Counted from the first letter of the stretch, positions 16,644-27,384 are shown. The stretch: DNA of 64,000 nt from a bacterium (GCA_963675295.2 CAXXKJ010000002.1:1408001-1472000), one strand, 5' to 3'. Made by a program: numbers and translations. The notes: generated from the sequence alone by a model not told the origin.

Positions 16644-17309
16644 GTGGCGAAGAAGGACAAGGCAGCAGCTGAGCAGCCCGCGAAGGGTAAGAAGGGCAAG
16701 AAGGACGACGCTCCGGAAGTGACAGGACCGCCGGAAGGTTACGTCCCGCGGATGAAGACGCTGTACGCCGAGAAGGCGATCCCCGCGCTGAAGGAGAAGT
16801 TCGGCTACGACAATCCGATGCGTGTGCCGCGTCTGGAGAAGGTGATCCTCAACGTGGGCATCGGCGATGCGCACAACGATCAGAAGCTGCTGGACAGCGT
16901 GATCGATGAGTTGACGATTATCTCGGGTCAGAAGCCGGTGGTTACCCGCGCGCGCAAGTCGATCTCGAACTTCAAGCTGCGTGAAGGGATGCAGGTTGGT
17001 GTTCGCGTGACGTTGCGTCAATTCCACATGTGGGAATTCCTCGACAAGCTGTTCAATCTGACGATGCCGCGTGTGCGTGACTTCCGTGGTGTCAGTGATC
17101 GCAGCTTTGACGGGCGTGGCAACTACTCGATGGGCATCAAGGAGCAGATCGTGTTCCCGGAAATCGTCTACGACAAGGTCGAGAAGATTCACGGGATGGA
17201 CATCACGATCGTGACCTCGGCCCCGAACGATGAAGAGGCGCGTGAGCTTCTGCGTCTGCTGGGCTGCCCGTTCCGTAAGCGTGGCACCGACCAGATGCAG
17301 GCGGCGTAA
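16644..17309 (+). CDS. rplE: 50S ribosomal protein L5 with Lys-rich N-terminal extension
   Basis: [29 protein letters not shown]. Confidence 0.98.
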   Translation: MAKKDKAAAEQPAKGKKGKKDDAPEVTGPPEGYVPRMKTLYAEKAIPALKEKFGYDNPMRVPRLEKVILNVGIGDAHNDQKLLDSVIDELTIISGQKPVVTRARKSISNFKLREGMQVGVRVTLRQFHMWEFLDKLFNLTMPRVRDFRGVSDRSFDGRGNYSMGIKEQIVFPEIVYDKVEKIHGMDITIVTSAPNDEEARELLRLLGCPFRKRGTDQMQAA

Positions 17310-17364
17310 TGTAGCCCGGGTTGGTAGAATCCGGGGGACATGTAGAAACCGAAGAGAGAGCACC

Positions 17365-17550
17365 ATGGCGAAGAAGTCGAAGATCGCTCACTGGAAGAAG
17401 CCGAAGAAGTTCAAGGTTCGCGAGTACAATCGCTGCAACCTGACCGGCCGTTCGCGTGGCTATTTGCGCAAATTCGGTATCTCGCGCATCAAGTTCCGCG
17501 AGCTGGCGCTTGAGGGGAAGATCCCGGGCGTGACGAAGGCGAGCTGGTAA
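17365..17550 (+). CDS. rpsN: 30S ribosomal protein S14, 61 aa, Zn-ribbon cysteines mostly absent
   Basis: MAKKS...[40 protein letters not shown]. Confidence 0.97.
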   Translation: MAKKSKIAHWKKPKKFKVREYNRCNLTGRSRGYLRKFGISRIKFRELALEGKIPGVTKASW

Positions 17551-17674
17551 GCTTCACGACGCAACAAACTCGGGCTCGCTTGCGAAAGGCGCGGCGGCCT
17601 GTTACCATCAGCCCTTTTGGCGGGGCGAACGCTGGAGACGGCGTGGTTACGTCCGAACAGGAAGGATACGGACC

Positions 17675-18076
17675 GTGTCGAAAGTGACAGATCCAATCGC
17701 GGATTACCTGACTCGGATTCGCAATGCACTGCATGCGAAGCATCCGACGGTGGATATTCCGGCCAGCACGCTGAAGCGTGAGATCACCAAGATCCTGGTC
17801 GATGAGGGGTACGTCCGCAACTACTTGAACATTGATGATGGCAACCAGGGAATCCTGCGTGTCTTCCTGAAGTACGATCAGGGTGGCAAGTCCATCATCA
17901 CCGGGCTGAAGCGTATCAGCAAGCCTGGTCTGCGCCAGTATGTCGGATTTCGTGAGATTCCGCGTGTGCGCAACAATCTGGGAATCACGGTGCTCAGCAC
18001 TCCGCAGGGGGTGATGACGGGTAAGCGTGCCCGTTTTGAGCAGGTGGGCGGCGAGCTGCTGCTCTCCGTTTGGTAA
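17675..18076 (+). CDS. rpsH: 30S ribosomal protein S8
   Basis: TDPIADYLTRIRNA, SKPGLRQY, STPQGVMT. Confidence 0.98.
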   Translation: MSKVTDPIADYLTRIRNALHAKHPTVDIPASTLKREITKILVDEGYVRNYLNIDDGNQGILRVFLKYDQGGKSIITGLKRISKPGLRQYVGFREIPRVRNNLGITVLSTPQGVMTGKRARFEQVGGELLLSVW

Positions 18077-18115
18077 GCAAAACTCCCGCCGTAGCTGGCG
18101 GAAGCTGAGGTTAGC

Positions 18116-18700
18116 ATGTCACGAATCGGCAAACTGCCCATTGCAATCCCGGACAAGGTGCAGGTGACAGTGGATGGCCAGGACGTAAAGGTCAAGGGTC
18201 CGCTGGGTGAACTGCATCGCGAGATCCGCGAGGAGATGGAAGTCAAGGTGGAAGACAATCAGGTGATTGTCACTCCGCGTGGCGAGACCCAACTCCATCG
18301 CGCGCTGCATGGCCTGTCCCGCACGTTGATCAACAACATGGTCGTCGGTGTGAGTGAGGGCTACGAGAAGATCCTGGTCGTGATCGGCGTCGGGTATTCG
18401 GCGGAGATCAAGGGTTCCGGCCTGATGCTTCGCGTCGGGTATTCGCACCCGATCTGGATGATGCCCCCTCCGGGTGTCACGTTTGAGCTGCTTCAGCCGA
18501 GCCAGTGGTCGGAAGCCGGCGTCGAGAAGCAGGGTGAGAACCAGACGGTTGCGATCCGCGTTCGCGGGATCGACAAGGCGTTGCTCGGCCAGGTGGCGGC
18601 CCGCGTGCGGAAGATCCGTCCGCCGGAGCCGTACAAGGGCAAGGGCATCCGGTACAACAAGGAATACGTCCGTCGTAAGGCTGGAAAGGCGGCTAAGTAA
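18116..18700 (+). CDS. rplF: 50S ribosomal protein L6
   Basis: [22 protein letters not shown]. Confidence 0.98.
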   Translation: MSRIGKLPIAIPDKVQVTVDGQDVKVKGPLGELHREIREEMEVKVEDNQVIVTPRGETQLHRALHGLSRTLINNMVVGVSEGYEKILVVIGVGYSAEIKGSGLMLRVGYSHPIWMMPPPGVTFELLQPSQWSEAGVEKQGENQTVAIRVRGIDKALLGQVAARVRKIRPPEPYKGKGIRYNKEYVRRKAGKAAK

Positions 18701-18701
18701 G

Positions 18702-19115
18702 ATGGCGACTCGATACGAAAAGCGAAAGATTGCGCATCGCCGTCGCAAGATGCGTGTGCGCAAGAAGGTCAGCGGCACGTCCGCACGTCCGCGCCTGGTG
18801 ATCAACCGTTCGTTGCGTTACATGCGTGTGGCGCTGGTCGATGACGACCGTGGCATGACGTTGTTCGGCGCGACGACCCGGAAGCTGCCGGAAGGTCTTG
18901 ATCTGCCGGAGAAGCCGGAAGAGTTCAAGGCCGGCAAGAAGAAGCTTCCGTTGAAGGCGAAGGTTGCGGATGCGTACAAGCTGGGTCTGCACATCGCGAA
19001 GCTGGCGAAGGATAATGGGATCGAATCCGTGGTGTTTGACCGGAACGGATTGCGGTACCATGGCCGGGTGCGTGCTGTTGCGGAAGGAGCGAGAAAAGGG
19101 GGATTGGCACTGTGA
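18702..19115 (+). CDS. rplR: 50S ribosomal protein L18
   Basis: [35 protein letters not shown]. Confidence 0.97.
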   Translation: MATRYEKRKIAHRRRKMRVRKKVSGTSARPRLVINRSLRYMRVALVDDDRGMTLFGATTRKLPEGLDLPEKPEEFKAGKKKLPLKAKVADAYKLGLHIAKLAKDNGIESVVFDRNGLRYHGRVRAVAEGARKGGLAL

Positions 19116-19636
19116 ACCGTAGAGAACGCAAGCAGGATCGTGGTGGCGCCCCAGTCGACTCCGGGATGATTGAAAAGGTCGTACACATCAACCGTGTCGC
19201 GAAGGTCGTGAAGGGTGGCCGTAATTTCAGCTTCAACGCGATTGTGGTTGTCGGCGACGGCAACGGCAAGGTCGGCCATGGCCTTGGCAAGGCGCGTGAA
19301 GTGGCGGAAGCGATCAACAAGGGCACCGAGATCGCGAAGCGCAACCTGAAGGCGTATCCGATGGTGGGTACGACGTTGTCGCACCAGTTGGTGGGACGTT
19401 TCGGCGCGGCGCGTGTGGTGTTGAAGCCGGCCAGCCCCGGTACCGGTGTGATCGCCGGTGGCGGCGTGCGTGCCGTGCTTGAGTGCCTTGGTATTCGTGA
19501 CGTGTTGACCAAGTCGTTGGGCAGCCGGAACCCGCACAACCTGGTGAAGGCGACCCTGGCGGGCCTGGAAGAGATGGAAAGTCTTGAGCATGTCGCTGCG
19601 AAGCGCGGCAAGACGTTCCAGGAGGTGTACCGGTAA
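19112..19636 (+). CDS. rpsE: 30S ribosomal protein S5
   Basis: [23 protein letters not shown]. Confidence 0.98.
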   Translation: MNRRERKQDRGGAPVDSGMIEKVVHINRVAKVVKGGRNFSFNAIVVVGDGNGKVGHGLGKAREVAEAINKGTEIAKRNLKAYPMVGTTLSHQLVGRFGAARVVLKPASPGTGVIAGGGVRAVLECLGIRDVLTKSLGSRNPHNLVKATLAGLEEMESLEHVAAKRGKTFQEVYR

Positions 19637-19842
19637 TGGCTGGCAAGCGTATTCGGATTACGTGGACCCGCAGCGCGATCGGCCGTTCAGTCAAGCAGAA
19701 GCGCATCATTGAGGCGCTCGGACTGCACCGGTTGAACGAGTCGGTGGAACATGATTCGTCCCCGACGATCATGGGCATGGTGCGCAAGGTTCCGCATCTG
19801 GTAGAAGTGACGGACGTCCAGGCGGACGCTGAACAGGGATAA
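19636..19842 (+). CDS. rpmD: 50S ribosomal protein L30
   Basis: RSAIGR...ALGL...GMVRKVPHLV. Confidence 0.96.
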   Translation: MAGKRIRITWTRSAIGRSVKQKRIIEALGLHRLNESVEHDSSPTIMGMVRKVPHLVEVTDVQADAEQG

Positions 19843-19849
19843 TCGAGCG

Positions 19850-20350
19850 ATGAAAAACCTTGGCAATTTGATCCCTGCGAAGGGCTCGACGTCGACGCGC
19901 AAGCGTCGCGGCCGTGGGTACGGCAGCGGGAATGGCCGTACAGCGGGCCGTGGCCACAAGGGCGCGCAGAGCCGCAGTGGTTTCAAGCGCAGAAGCTGGT
20001 TTGAAGGCGGTCAGATGCCGATCCAGCGTCGTCTGCCGAAGCACGGATTCTGGAACCCGTTCCGTGAAGTGTTCCAGGAAGTGAACATCCGTGACCTGGC
20101 CAAGCTTCCGGGTGATGGCGAGATTGAGGTAACGCCGGAAGTGTTGATGGACGCGCGCATTATCAAGAAGGCTGACCAGCCGGTAAAGTTGCTGTCGATG
20201 GGGGATGCGGATCGCAAGTATGTCGTCCGTTTGTCCGCGGCGAGCAAGCCGGCGGTAGCGAAAATCGAGCAGGCCGGTGGGCAGGTTCATCTGCCGGAGC
20301 CGGCTCCCAAGCGCGGCAAGTACAAGAAGCGTGCGGAACGGGCAGAATAA
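19850..20350 (+). CDS. rplO: 50S ribosomal protein L15
   Basis: GRGYGSGNGRTAGRGHKG, FEGGQMP. Confidence 0.98.
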   Translation: MKNLGNLIPAKGSTSTRKRRGRGYGSGNGRTAGRGHKGAQSRSGFKRRSWFEGGQMPIQRRLPKHGFWNPFREVFQEVNIRDLAKLPGDGEIEVTPEVLMDARIIKKADQPVKLLSMGDADRKYVVRLSAASKPAVAKIEQAGGQVHLPEPAPKRGKYKKRAERAE

Positions 20351-20379
20351 CACCCAATCAAGGGTGACTGAGGAAACCG

Positions 20380-21705
20380 ATGCTTGAGAAGATCCGCAAT
20401 ATCTTCAAGATTCCCGAGTTGCGCAGGCGCATTCTGTTCACGCTCGGCATCTTTCTGATCTATCGCCTCGGCGGCCACATTCCTGTGCCCGGCATCAATG
20501 CCGGTGTACTCGGCCAGTTTTTCGAGGAACGGGCGAACACCCTGTTCGGGTTGTACGACCTGTTCGCCGGCGGCAACTTCTCCCGTGCGACGATTTTTGC
20601 GCTCGGCATCATGCCTTACATTTCGGCGTCCATTATCATCCAGCTGCTCGGGTCGGTGATCCCTGCGATCCACCGGTTGCAGCAGTCGGGCGATGAAGGG
20701 CGGAAGAAGATTACGCAGTGGACACGATACGGCACGGTTGGCATTTCGGCCCTGCAGTCGTTGGGTGTCGCGGCGTTTCTGACCGGGATTCAGATCGGCA
20801 ACTCTGCGGTGGTGCCGAACCCGGGGATCCCGTTCTACCTGCTCACCATGATCACGTTGACTGCCGGTACGGTGTTCATCATGTGGCTGGGTGAACAGAT
20901 CGACGAACGCGGGATTGGGAACGGGATTTCGCTGATCATCTTCATCGGTATCATCGACCGCTTCCCGTATGCATTCATGGACGAGTTCCAGTTGATGCAG
21001 CAGGGTGTGCGTTCGTTGATCATGGAGTTGTTCCTGGTTGCCATCCTGGTGTTGACGACGGCGGCGGTTGTCGCGTTGACGCAGGGCAGCCGGAAGATTC
21101 CGGTTCAGTATACGAAGCGTGTTGTCGGACGCCGGATGTACGGTGGCCAGGCGACCCACATTCCGCTGCGTGTGAACACGGCGGGCGTCATGCCGATCAT
21201 TTTCGCGCAGACGATCATGTTCCTGCCGCAGACGGTTGCGACCTTCCTGCCGGCGGGTGGGTTCCAGGACTGGCTGAACAGCGCGTTCCGGTTTGACAGC
21301 TACATCTACATGGGCTTCTACAGCCTGTTGATCATCTTCTTCACGTACTTCTACACCGCGATCGCGTTCAATCCGGTCGATGTGGCGAGCAACCTGAAGA
21401 AGAACGGCGGGATGGTTCCGGGCGTGAAGCCGGGCAAGAAGACGGCTGAATTCCTCGACAACATCCTGACGCGGATCACGTTGCCGGGTTCGATCTTCCT
21501 CGCGTTCATCGCGATCTTCCCGACGCTGATGAGCAAGTGGACGAACGCCGGGTTCAACCTGTCGCAGTTCTACGGCGGTACCGGTCTGTTGATCGTGGTG
21601 GGTGTGGCGTTGGATACGCTGCAGCAGATTGACAGCCACCTGCTGATGCGTCACTACGACGGTCTGATGAAGTCCGGACGCTTGAAGGGCCGTCGCCGGA
21701 TGTAA
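20380..21705 (+). CDS. secY: Preprotein translocase subunit SecY
   Basis: ALGIMPYISASII, GIGNGISL, GGTGLLIVVGV. Confidence 0.99.
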   Translation: MLEKIRNIFKIPELRRRILFTLGIFLIYRLGGHIPVPGINAGVLGQFFEERANTLFGLYDLFAGGNFSRATIFALGIMPYISASIIIQLLGSVIPAIHRLQQSGDEGRKKITQWTRYGTVGISALQSLGVAAFLTGIQIGNSAVVPNPGIPFYLLTMITLTAGTVFIMWLGEQIDERGIGNGISLIIFIGIIDRFPYAFMDEFQLMQQGVRSLIMELFLVAILVLTTAAVVALTQGSRKIPVQYTKRVVGRRMYGGQATHIPLRVNTAGVMPIIFAQTIMFLPQTVATFLPAGGFQDWLNSAFRFDSYIYMGFYSLLIIFFTYFYTAIAFNPVDVASNLKKNGGMVPGVKPGKKTAEFLDNILTRITLPGSIFLAFIAIFPTLMSKWTNAGFNLSQFYGGTGLLIVVGVALDTLQQIDSHLLMRHYDGLMKSGRLKGRRRM

Positions 21706-21811
21706 CGTTGTAACTGCCCGTGCGGAACTGATTCCGCGCGGATGATGATACAAACGTTGAGCAGTACCGCCGCACAGGAAGTGTGGCGAGGGGGAAAGAA
21801 GGAACAAGCGA

Positions 21812-22459
21812 ATGTACCTGATCCTGCTAGGACCTCCGGGGGTTGGGAAAGGCACGCAGGCCCAGTTTCTAATCGACGATCTGGGCGCGGTGCAACTTTC
21901 CACGGGTGATGTGTTGCGTGCGGCGATTGCGAATGGCACGGAACTTGGCAAGCAGGCGAAGAAGTACATGGACGCGGGGGATCTGGTCCCGGATGAGGTG
22001 ATCCTCGGGATGATCCACAACAAGCTGGTGGAGTTGGAAGGCAAAGCGGTCATCTTCGACGGCTTCCCGCGCACCGAAGCCCAGGCCCAGGGGCTGGATG
22101 TAGAGTTGGAAAAGCTGGGTAAGAGCGTGGACAAGGCGCTCGAATTGACAATCGATGATCAGGTTGTGGTGGACCGCTTGAGTGCGCGCCGTGTGCACGC
22201 CGGCAGCGGCCGTGTCTACAACCTGTTGTTCAACCCTCCGAAGAAGGAGGGGGTGGACGATGTCACCGGCGAACCGTTGATGCACCGTGACGATGACAAG
22301 GAAGATGTGATCCGTCACCGTCTCGAGGTGTATCACAAGTCGACCGCTCCGGTTGCCGGCTTCTACGAGAAGCAGGGCAAGCTGGTGAAGGTGGACGGCG
22401 ACGGTACGGTTGACGGCGTCCGCCAGCGCGTCAAGGATGCGTTGAAAGGTCTCGGATGA
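21812..22459 (+). CDS. adk: Adenylate kinase (non-Zn LID)
   Basis: GPPGVGKGTQ, DGFPRT, RRVHAGSGRVY. Confidence 0.98.
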   Translation: MYLILLGPPGVGKGTQAQFLIDDLGAVQLSTGDVLRAAIANGTELGKQAKKYMDAGDLVPDEVILGMIHNKLVELEGKAVIFDGFPRTEAQAQGLDVELEKLGKSVDKALELTIDDQVVVDRLSARRVHAGSGRVYNLLFNPPKKEGVDDVTGEPLMHRDDDKEDVIRHRLEVYHKSTAPVAGFYEKQGKLVKVDGDGTVDGVRQRVKDALKGLG

Positions 22460-23238
22460 TACGGGTCAAGAGCCCGGAGCAGATTGAAGAACTTCGCCGC
22501 GCGGGCGGGTTGGTTGCGGAATGCCACCAGATCGCCCGGGAGATGGTCAAGCCGGGTATCAATACGGCTGAGATCAACGCAGCGGTGGAGGAGCACATCC
22601 TGAAGGCTGGCGCGGAGCCGGCGTTCAAGGGTTATCCGGGCCCGGCGGGGGTGAAACCGTTTCCTGCAGCCTGCTGCATGTCGGTGGACGAGCAGGTGGT
22701 ACACGGCTTCCCGAATGAGACCCCGCTGAAAGACGGCCAGATTCTGAGCGTCGATATCGGCGTGAAGATGCCGAGCGGCTGGTATGGTGATGCCGCACGG
22801 ACGCTGGGTGTTGGGACGATCAGCGAAGACGCGGAGAAGTTGCTGGACGCGACGTTGGAGTCGCTGCTTGCGGCGATTGACACGGTTCGGCCGGGTGCTT
22901 TTTTGAGTGACATCGGCCATGCGGTCCAGACATATGTCGAACGACGTGGTTTTTCGGTAGTGCGCGACCTGGTCGGGCACGGGATTGGCAAGCAGATGCA
23001 CGAACCGCCCGAGGTGCCTAATTTTGGACGCGGTGGTCGTGGGTTACGATTGCGGGAAGGCATGACACTCTGTATCGAACCGATGATCAACATGGGCACA
23101 TGGCGGGTTGACGTATTGCAGGATGGGTGGACGGTGGTTACGGCAGATCGCAAACCGTCGGCTCACTTTGAGCACATGATTGCGGTCACGAAGGATGGAG
23201 CACGCATCCTGTCGCCGGACACCGTTACGGAGATTTGA
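22456..23238 (+). CDS. map: Methionine aminopeptidase type I
   Basis: VVHGFP, GHGIG, HEPP, IEPM, SAHFEH. Confidence 0.98.
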   Translation: MIRVKSPEQIEELRRAGGLVAECHQIAREMVKPGINTAEINAAVEEHILKAGAEPAFKGYPGPAGVKPFPAACCMSVDEQVVHGFPNETPLKDGQILSVDIGVKMPSGWYGDAARTLGVGTISEDAEKLLDATLESLLAAIDTVRPGAFLSDIGHAVQTYVERRGFSVVRDLVGHGIGKQMHEPPEVPNFGRGGRGLRLREGMTLCIEPMINMGTWRVDVLQDGWTVVTADRKPSAHFEHMIAVTKDGARILSPDTVTEI

Positions 23239-23240
23239 TT

Positions 23241-23477
23241 TTGGCGAAAGAAGAAGCGATCAAGATGGACGGCACCATCATCGAGACGCTGCCGAACGCC
23301 AGCTTTCTAGTCGAATTGGATTCGGCGAAAGAGGGCGAGAAGGGGCATCGGGTGTTGGCGCACATTTCCGGCAAGATGCGGATGCACTACATCCGGATTC
23401 TGCCGGGTGACAAGGTGACAGTTGAGTTGTCGCCGTACGATCTTTCTCGTGGACGCATCATCTATCGCTACAAGTAG
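23241..23477 (+). CDS. infA: Translation initiation factor IF-1
   Basis: [20 protein letters not shown]...SPYDL.RGRI; TTG start. Confidence 0.97.
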   Translation: MAKEEAIKMDGTIIETLPNASFLVELDSAKEGEKGHRVLAHISGKMRMHYIRILPGDKVTVELSPYDLSRGRIIYRYK

Positions 23478-23663
23478 TCTCTGGTCTTTCGTCTTTGGTC
23501 TCTGGCAAAAGACGAAAGACAAGGAAAGTCCTGAGTCTTGAGTCCTGAGTCTTGAGAAAAAGACAAGAGACGAAAGACGAACAGCAGTATCAGGTCTTGA
23601 GTTGACTGTTTTTCGAGAGACGAAGGACACGAGACGAGAGACGAAGGACGAGCGACAAGAGAC
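23477..23663. repeat. Patch of about 20 degenerate heptamer tandem repeats in both orientations
   Basis: GTCTYTS x4, RAAAGAC x2, AGTCYTG x4, RARAGAC x3, NNNNGAC x7. Confidence 0.9.
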
Positions 23664-23753
23664 GATTTAAACAAGCTTGACATACGGTCTTGGGTTGGGT
23701 CTCGAGTGTGTTGCTCAGGACGCAGGTCTCAAGGCGCAAGACTGAGGTTAGAG

Positions 23754-23870
23754 ATGAAAGTTCGCAGCTCGGTTAAAAAAATTTGCGAACACTGCAAGAT
23801 CATCAAGCGCCGCGGAGTGGTGCGGGTGATTTGCAGCCGGGATCCAAAGCACAAGCAGCGGCAGGGATAA
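23754..23870 (+). CDS. rpmJ: 50S ribosomal protein L36 (Zn-type), not in ORF track
   Basis: Manual translation [38 protein letters not shown]. Confidence 0.98.
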   Translation: MKVRSSVKKICEHCKIIKRRGVVRVICSRDPKHKQRQG

Positions 23871-23873
23871 GCA

Positions 23874-24245
23874 ATGGCTCGAATTGCAGGCGTTGATCTA
23901 CCCCGCGACAAGCGCACGGACATCGCGCTGACGTACATCTACGGTATTGGTCGTTCGAAGGCGCAGGAAATCTGCAAGGCGACGAGTGTCGACGGTGGAA
24001 TCAAAGTGCGTGACTTGACGGACCAGCAGGTTCGTGAGATCCGTGAGGAGATCAACCAACATCACAAGGTGGAAGGCCCGCTGCGTACGGAAGTCCAGAT
24101 GAACATCAAGCGATTGATGGACATCGGCTGCTATCGTGGGCTTCGTCACCGTCGCGGTCTGCCGGTACACGGTCAGAACACGAAGAACAACGCTCGCACG
24201 CGCAAAGGCAAGAAGAAGGGCGCTGTGGGCGGTAAGAAGAAGTAA
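23874..24245 (+). CDS. rpsM: 30S ribosomal protein S13
   Basis: [22 protein letters not shown]. Confidence 0.99.
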   Translation: MARIAGVDLPRDKRTDIALTYIYGIGRSKAQEICKATSVDGGIKVRDLTDQQVREIREEINQHHKVEGPLRTEVQMNIKRLMDIGCYRGLRHRRGLPVHGQNTKNNARTRKGKKKGAVGGKKK

Positions 24246-24260
24246 GGAAGGGACACGAGT

Positions 24261-24647
24261 ATGGCCGCACCGAAAAGGCGTGCGAAGAAGAAAGAACGTG
24301 TCGATGCCAATGGCGTCGCGCACGTCAAGTCGAGTTTCAACAACACGATCATTACGTTGACCGACACATACGGCAATGTGATATCGTGGTCCTCCGCCGG
24401 TCGTGTCGGTTTCAAGGGTTCGCGTAAGAACACTCCTTATGCGTCAACCCAGGCCGCAACGAACGCAGCGAAGGCGGCGATGGATCTCGGCCTGCGTCGC
24501 GTGCAGGTGCACGTGAAGGGTCCGGGCGCTGGACGTGAGTCCGCTGTACGCGCTTTGGCCGCCGCCGGATTGCAGATTACGACGATCCGTGACGTCACCC
24601 CGATTCCGCACAACGGGTGCCGTCCGAAGAAGCGTCGCCGCGTGTAA
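24261..24647 (+). CDS. rpsK: 30S ribosomal protein S11
   Basis: [18 protein letters not shown]. Confidence 0.99.
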   Translation: MAAPKRRAKKKERVDANGVAHVKSSFNNTIITLTDTYGNVISWSSAGRVGFKGSRKNTPYASTQAATNAAKAAMDLGLRRVQVHVKGPGAGRESAVRALAAAGLQITTIRDVTPIPHNGCRPKKRRRV

Positions 24648-24681
24648 GCAGGAACGTACAACTCCACCTGGAGATTAGGGA

Positions 24682-25311
24682 ATGGCTCGATATACAGGCG
24701 CAAAGTGCAAGCGCTGCCGGGCTGTCGGCTACAAGCTGCACCTCAAGGGCGAACGTTGCCAGGGGCCGAAATGCCCGCTGGAGCGGAAGCCTTATCCGCC
24801 GGGACAGCATGGACAGTCCCGCCGCCGGAAGAAGTCTGAGTACGGTTTGCAGTTGATGGAAAAGCAGAAGGTCCGTTGGACCTACGACATGCTCGAGAAG
24901 CAGTTCCGGAATTCGTATGAAAAGGCGAACCGGATGACCGGTGTTACCGGTGAAAACCTGCTTGCGATGCTGGAACGTCGTCTGGACATGGTTGTGTACC
25001 GGACCGGGTTCATGCCGAGCCTGCCGTCTGCGCGGCAGCTTGTCCGCCATCGTCACATCCTGGTGAACGGTCAGGTGACGGATATTCCGTCCTACATCGT
25101 GAAGCCGGGCGACATCATCGAGGTGCGTGAACGCGCGCGCAAGATGGAAGCGATTCACTCCAGCCTGCGTCGTGTCAAGACCACGAATGTGATGCCGCAT
25201 TTGGAACTTGACAAGGCGAAGCTGCGTGTGACGCTGACCGCAATGCCGACTCGTGAGGACATCCCCGAGACGTTCAACGAGCAGGCAGTCGTCGAGTTGT
25301 ACTCGAAGTAA
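24682..25311 (+). CDS. rpsD: 30S ribosomal protein S4 (Zn-type)
   Basis: MARYTGAKCKRCR...C...C, LERRLD, ARQLVRH. Confidence 0.98.
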   Translation: MARYTGAKCKRCRAVGYKLHLKGERCQGPKCPLERKPYPPGQHGQSRRRKKSEYGLQLMEKQKVRWTYDMLEKQFRNSYEKANRMTGVTGENLLAMLERRLDMVVYRTGFMPSLPSARQLVRHRHILVNGQVTDIPSYIVKPGDIIEVRERARKMEAIHSSLRRVKTTNVMPHLELDKAKLRVTLTAMPTREDIPETFNEQAVVELYSK

Positions 25312-25330
25312 TTGCTGGGAGCGGAACCCC

Positions 25331-26368
25331 ATGAGCACCCTCAATTTCCAGATGCCGGAAATCATCGAGCTGGACGAAGGAACGTATTGCGCGACGTATG
25401 GCAAGTTCTTCGTCCACCCGCTGGAACGCGGTTTCGGTGTGACCATTGGCAACAGTTTGCGCCGTGTGTTGCTCGCGTCGCTTCAGGGCGCAGCGATCAG
25501 CTCGGTACGAATTGAAGCCGATCCGCCGGTACTGCATGAGTTTACGACCATCCCCGGCGTGATCGAGGATGTGGCGGAACTGGTGCTGAACTTGAAGGAA
25601 GTCCGGATCAAGCTGCTGAACAAGCGGCCGAACAAGGTCTTCCTCAGCTTCAAGGGCGACGGTACGTTTACCGCCGGCGACCTGCAGAAGAACAATACCG
25701 ACTTTGAAGTGCTCAACCCCGAGCACCATATCGCCACGCTGACCGAGAACGCGAACTTCAGCATCGAGCTGACGATCAAGCGCGGTCGCGGGTATTTCAG
25801 CGCGGACGAGAATCGTGAAGCGAACATGCCGATCGGCACGATTCCGATCGACAGCATTTTCAGCCCGGTGCGCAATGTGACGTTCGCGGTGGAAAACACC
25901 CGCGTCGGCCAGCGTACGGACTACGAAAAGCTGATCCTCGAGATCTGGACGGACGGATCCATTACACCGGATGATGCCCTGTCGCAGGCGGCGAAGATCA
26001 TGCGCGATCACATCCAGCTGTTCATTAACCTTGACCAGTCGGCCGAGGAAGAGGAACCGCAGGAAATCGACGAAGAAGTGCTTCGTATCCGCAAGATCCT
26101 GAAGCAGCCGGTGGACGCGCTCGAGTTGAGCGTGCGCAGCGCCAACTGCCTGAAGGAAGCGTCGATCAAGACGGTGGCGGATCTCGTCAAGCACACCGAG
26201 GAAGAGCTGCTCAACTTCAAGAACTTCGGCCGCAAGTCGTTCATCGAATTGCAGGAGCGTCTTGAGGGCAAGGGCCTCGAATTCGGCATGGACGTCGAGA
26301 AGTTCCTCTCCGAAGGGGATGGCATGACCAGTTCGGCTGGTGTGCCGGTTTCGGAAGAGGCAGAGTAA
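25331..26368 (+). CDS. rpoA: DNA-directed RNA polymerase alpha subunit
   Basis: PLERGFGVTIGNSLRRVLL, LELSVRSANCL, NFGRKS. Confidence 0.99.
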   Translation: MSTLNFQMPEIIELDEGTYCATYGKFFVHPLERGFGVTIGNSLRRVLLASLQGAAISSVRIEADPPVLHEFTTIPGVIEDVAELVLNLKEVRIKLLNKRPNKVFLSFKGDGTFTAGDLQKNNTDFEVLNPEHHIATLTENANFSIELTIKRGRGYFSADENREANMPIGTIPIDSIFSPVRNVTFAVENTRVGQRTDYEKLILEIWTDGSITPDDALSQAAKIMRDHIQLFINLDQSAEEEEPQEIDEEVLRIRKILKQPVDALELSVRSANCLKEASIKTVADLVKHTEEELLNFKNFGRKSFIELQERLEGKGLEFGMDVEKFLSEGDGMTSSAGVPVSEEAE

Positions 26369-26376
26369 TATCTTTA

Positions 26377-26402
26377 TTACCACCGACTTAAATCGGTGGT
26401 AA
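26377..26402. repeat. Palindrome (REP-like), copy 2
   Basis: ttaccaccgacttaaatcggtggtaa, 23/26 identical to the core of the 1277-1306 copy. Confidence 0.75.
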
Positions 26403-26574
26403 GCGAAGTGCCCGTGTTTGCTTGCAACCGCGGATCATCCCAGACATGAATGTCTGGGGCATGAAGCAGCCCGGACAGTGGTTCGGGACACGTAGCCAGG
26501 TTGGACAAGGCGGAGCCGCGCGATGAGTTGCGCGATCCGCGGACAGTGCCTGTTGGCACCATCGGGAGTTGACC

Positions 26575-27324
26575 GTGCGTCACCAGAAGACCAACATCAA
26601 GCTGAACCGGACAGCGTCCCATCGCAAGGCGCTGCTGATGAACCAGACGCGTGCGTTGATCGAGCACAAGAAGATCACGACCACGTTGGCGAAGGCGAAA
26701 GCGACCCGCAGCTATGCGGAACGTCTGATCACGTTCGCGAAGAAGGACGATGTCGCCGCGCGCCGTCAGGTGCTGAAGAAGCTGCACAGCCGTGACGCCG
26801 TGAAGACGCTGTTCCATGAGATCGGCCCGCGTTTCCGTGACCGGAACGGTGGCTATACCCGCATCATCAAGCTGGAAAACCGGAATGGCGACAACGCGCC
26901 GATGGCGATTCTTGAGCTGGTCGGTTTCGCGGTTGATGAACCGGTGAAGACGGGCCGTAAGCGCCGTCGTCCGGCCACCCAGCGGAAGACCACCGCGAAG
27001 AAGGAAACCGCCAAGGCCACGCCGGTGAAGGAAGAAGCCGCCGCCGAGACTACTGAGGAAGCGGTTGAGGAAAAGCCGGCTGAAGCCGCCGCCGCGGTGG
27101 AAGAAGCGGAAGAGGTCGTCGAAGAAGCCGCTGCCGAAGAAGCTGAAGCGACGGAAGAAGTCGTCGACGAGGCGCAGGAAGCCAAGGCGGAAGATGAAGC
27201 TCCGGTAGAAGAAGAAGAGAAGAAGCCGGAAGCCGAAGCTGCGGAAGAGACTGCGGAAGAAGCCAAGGAAGACGACAAGTCTGACGACGCCGACGAAGGC
27301 GAAGAGGAAAAGAAGAAGGACTGA
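26575..27324 (+). CDS. rplQ: 50S ribosomal protein L17 with long Glu/Ala-rich C-terminal extension
   Basis: [36 protein letters not shown]. Confidence 0.98.
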   Translation: MRHQKTNIKLNRTASHRKALLMNQTRALIEHKKITTTLAKAKATRSYAERLITFAKKDDVAARRQVLKKLHSRDAVKTLFHEIGPRFRDRNGGYTRIIKLENRNGDNAPMAILELVGFAVDEPVKTGRKRRRPATQRKTTAKKETAKATPVKEEAAAETTEEAVEEKPAEAAAAVEEAEEVVEEAAAEEAEATEEVVDEAQEAKAEDEAPVEEEEKKPEAEAAEETAEEAKEDDKSDDADEGEEEKKKD

Positions 27325-27353
27325 TTTTTCCTCATCCACCAAGCTGTTCATTC

Positions 27354-27384
27354 AAGCCGGACTCATCGCGAGTTCGGCTTTTTT
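27354..27384 (+). terminator. Rho-independent terminator ending the ribosomal superoperon
   Basis: aagccggactc-atcgc-gagttcggctt followed by T run. Confidence 0.85.

Noticed and set aside
23477-23663. Possible CRISPR array, or RNase P RNA (contains ggaaagtcc)
   Set aside because: Period is 7 nt with no unique spacers and no cas genes; the other RNase P conserved elements are absent.
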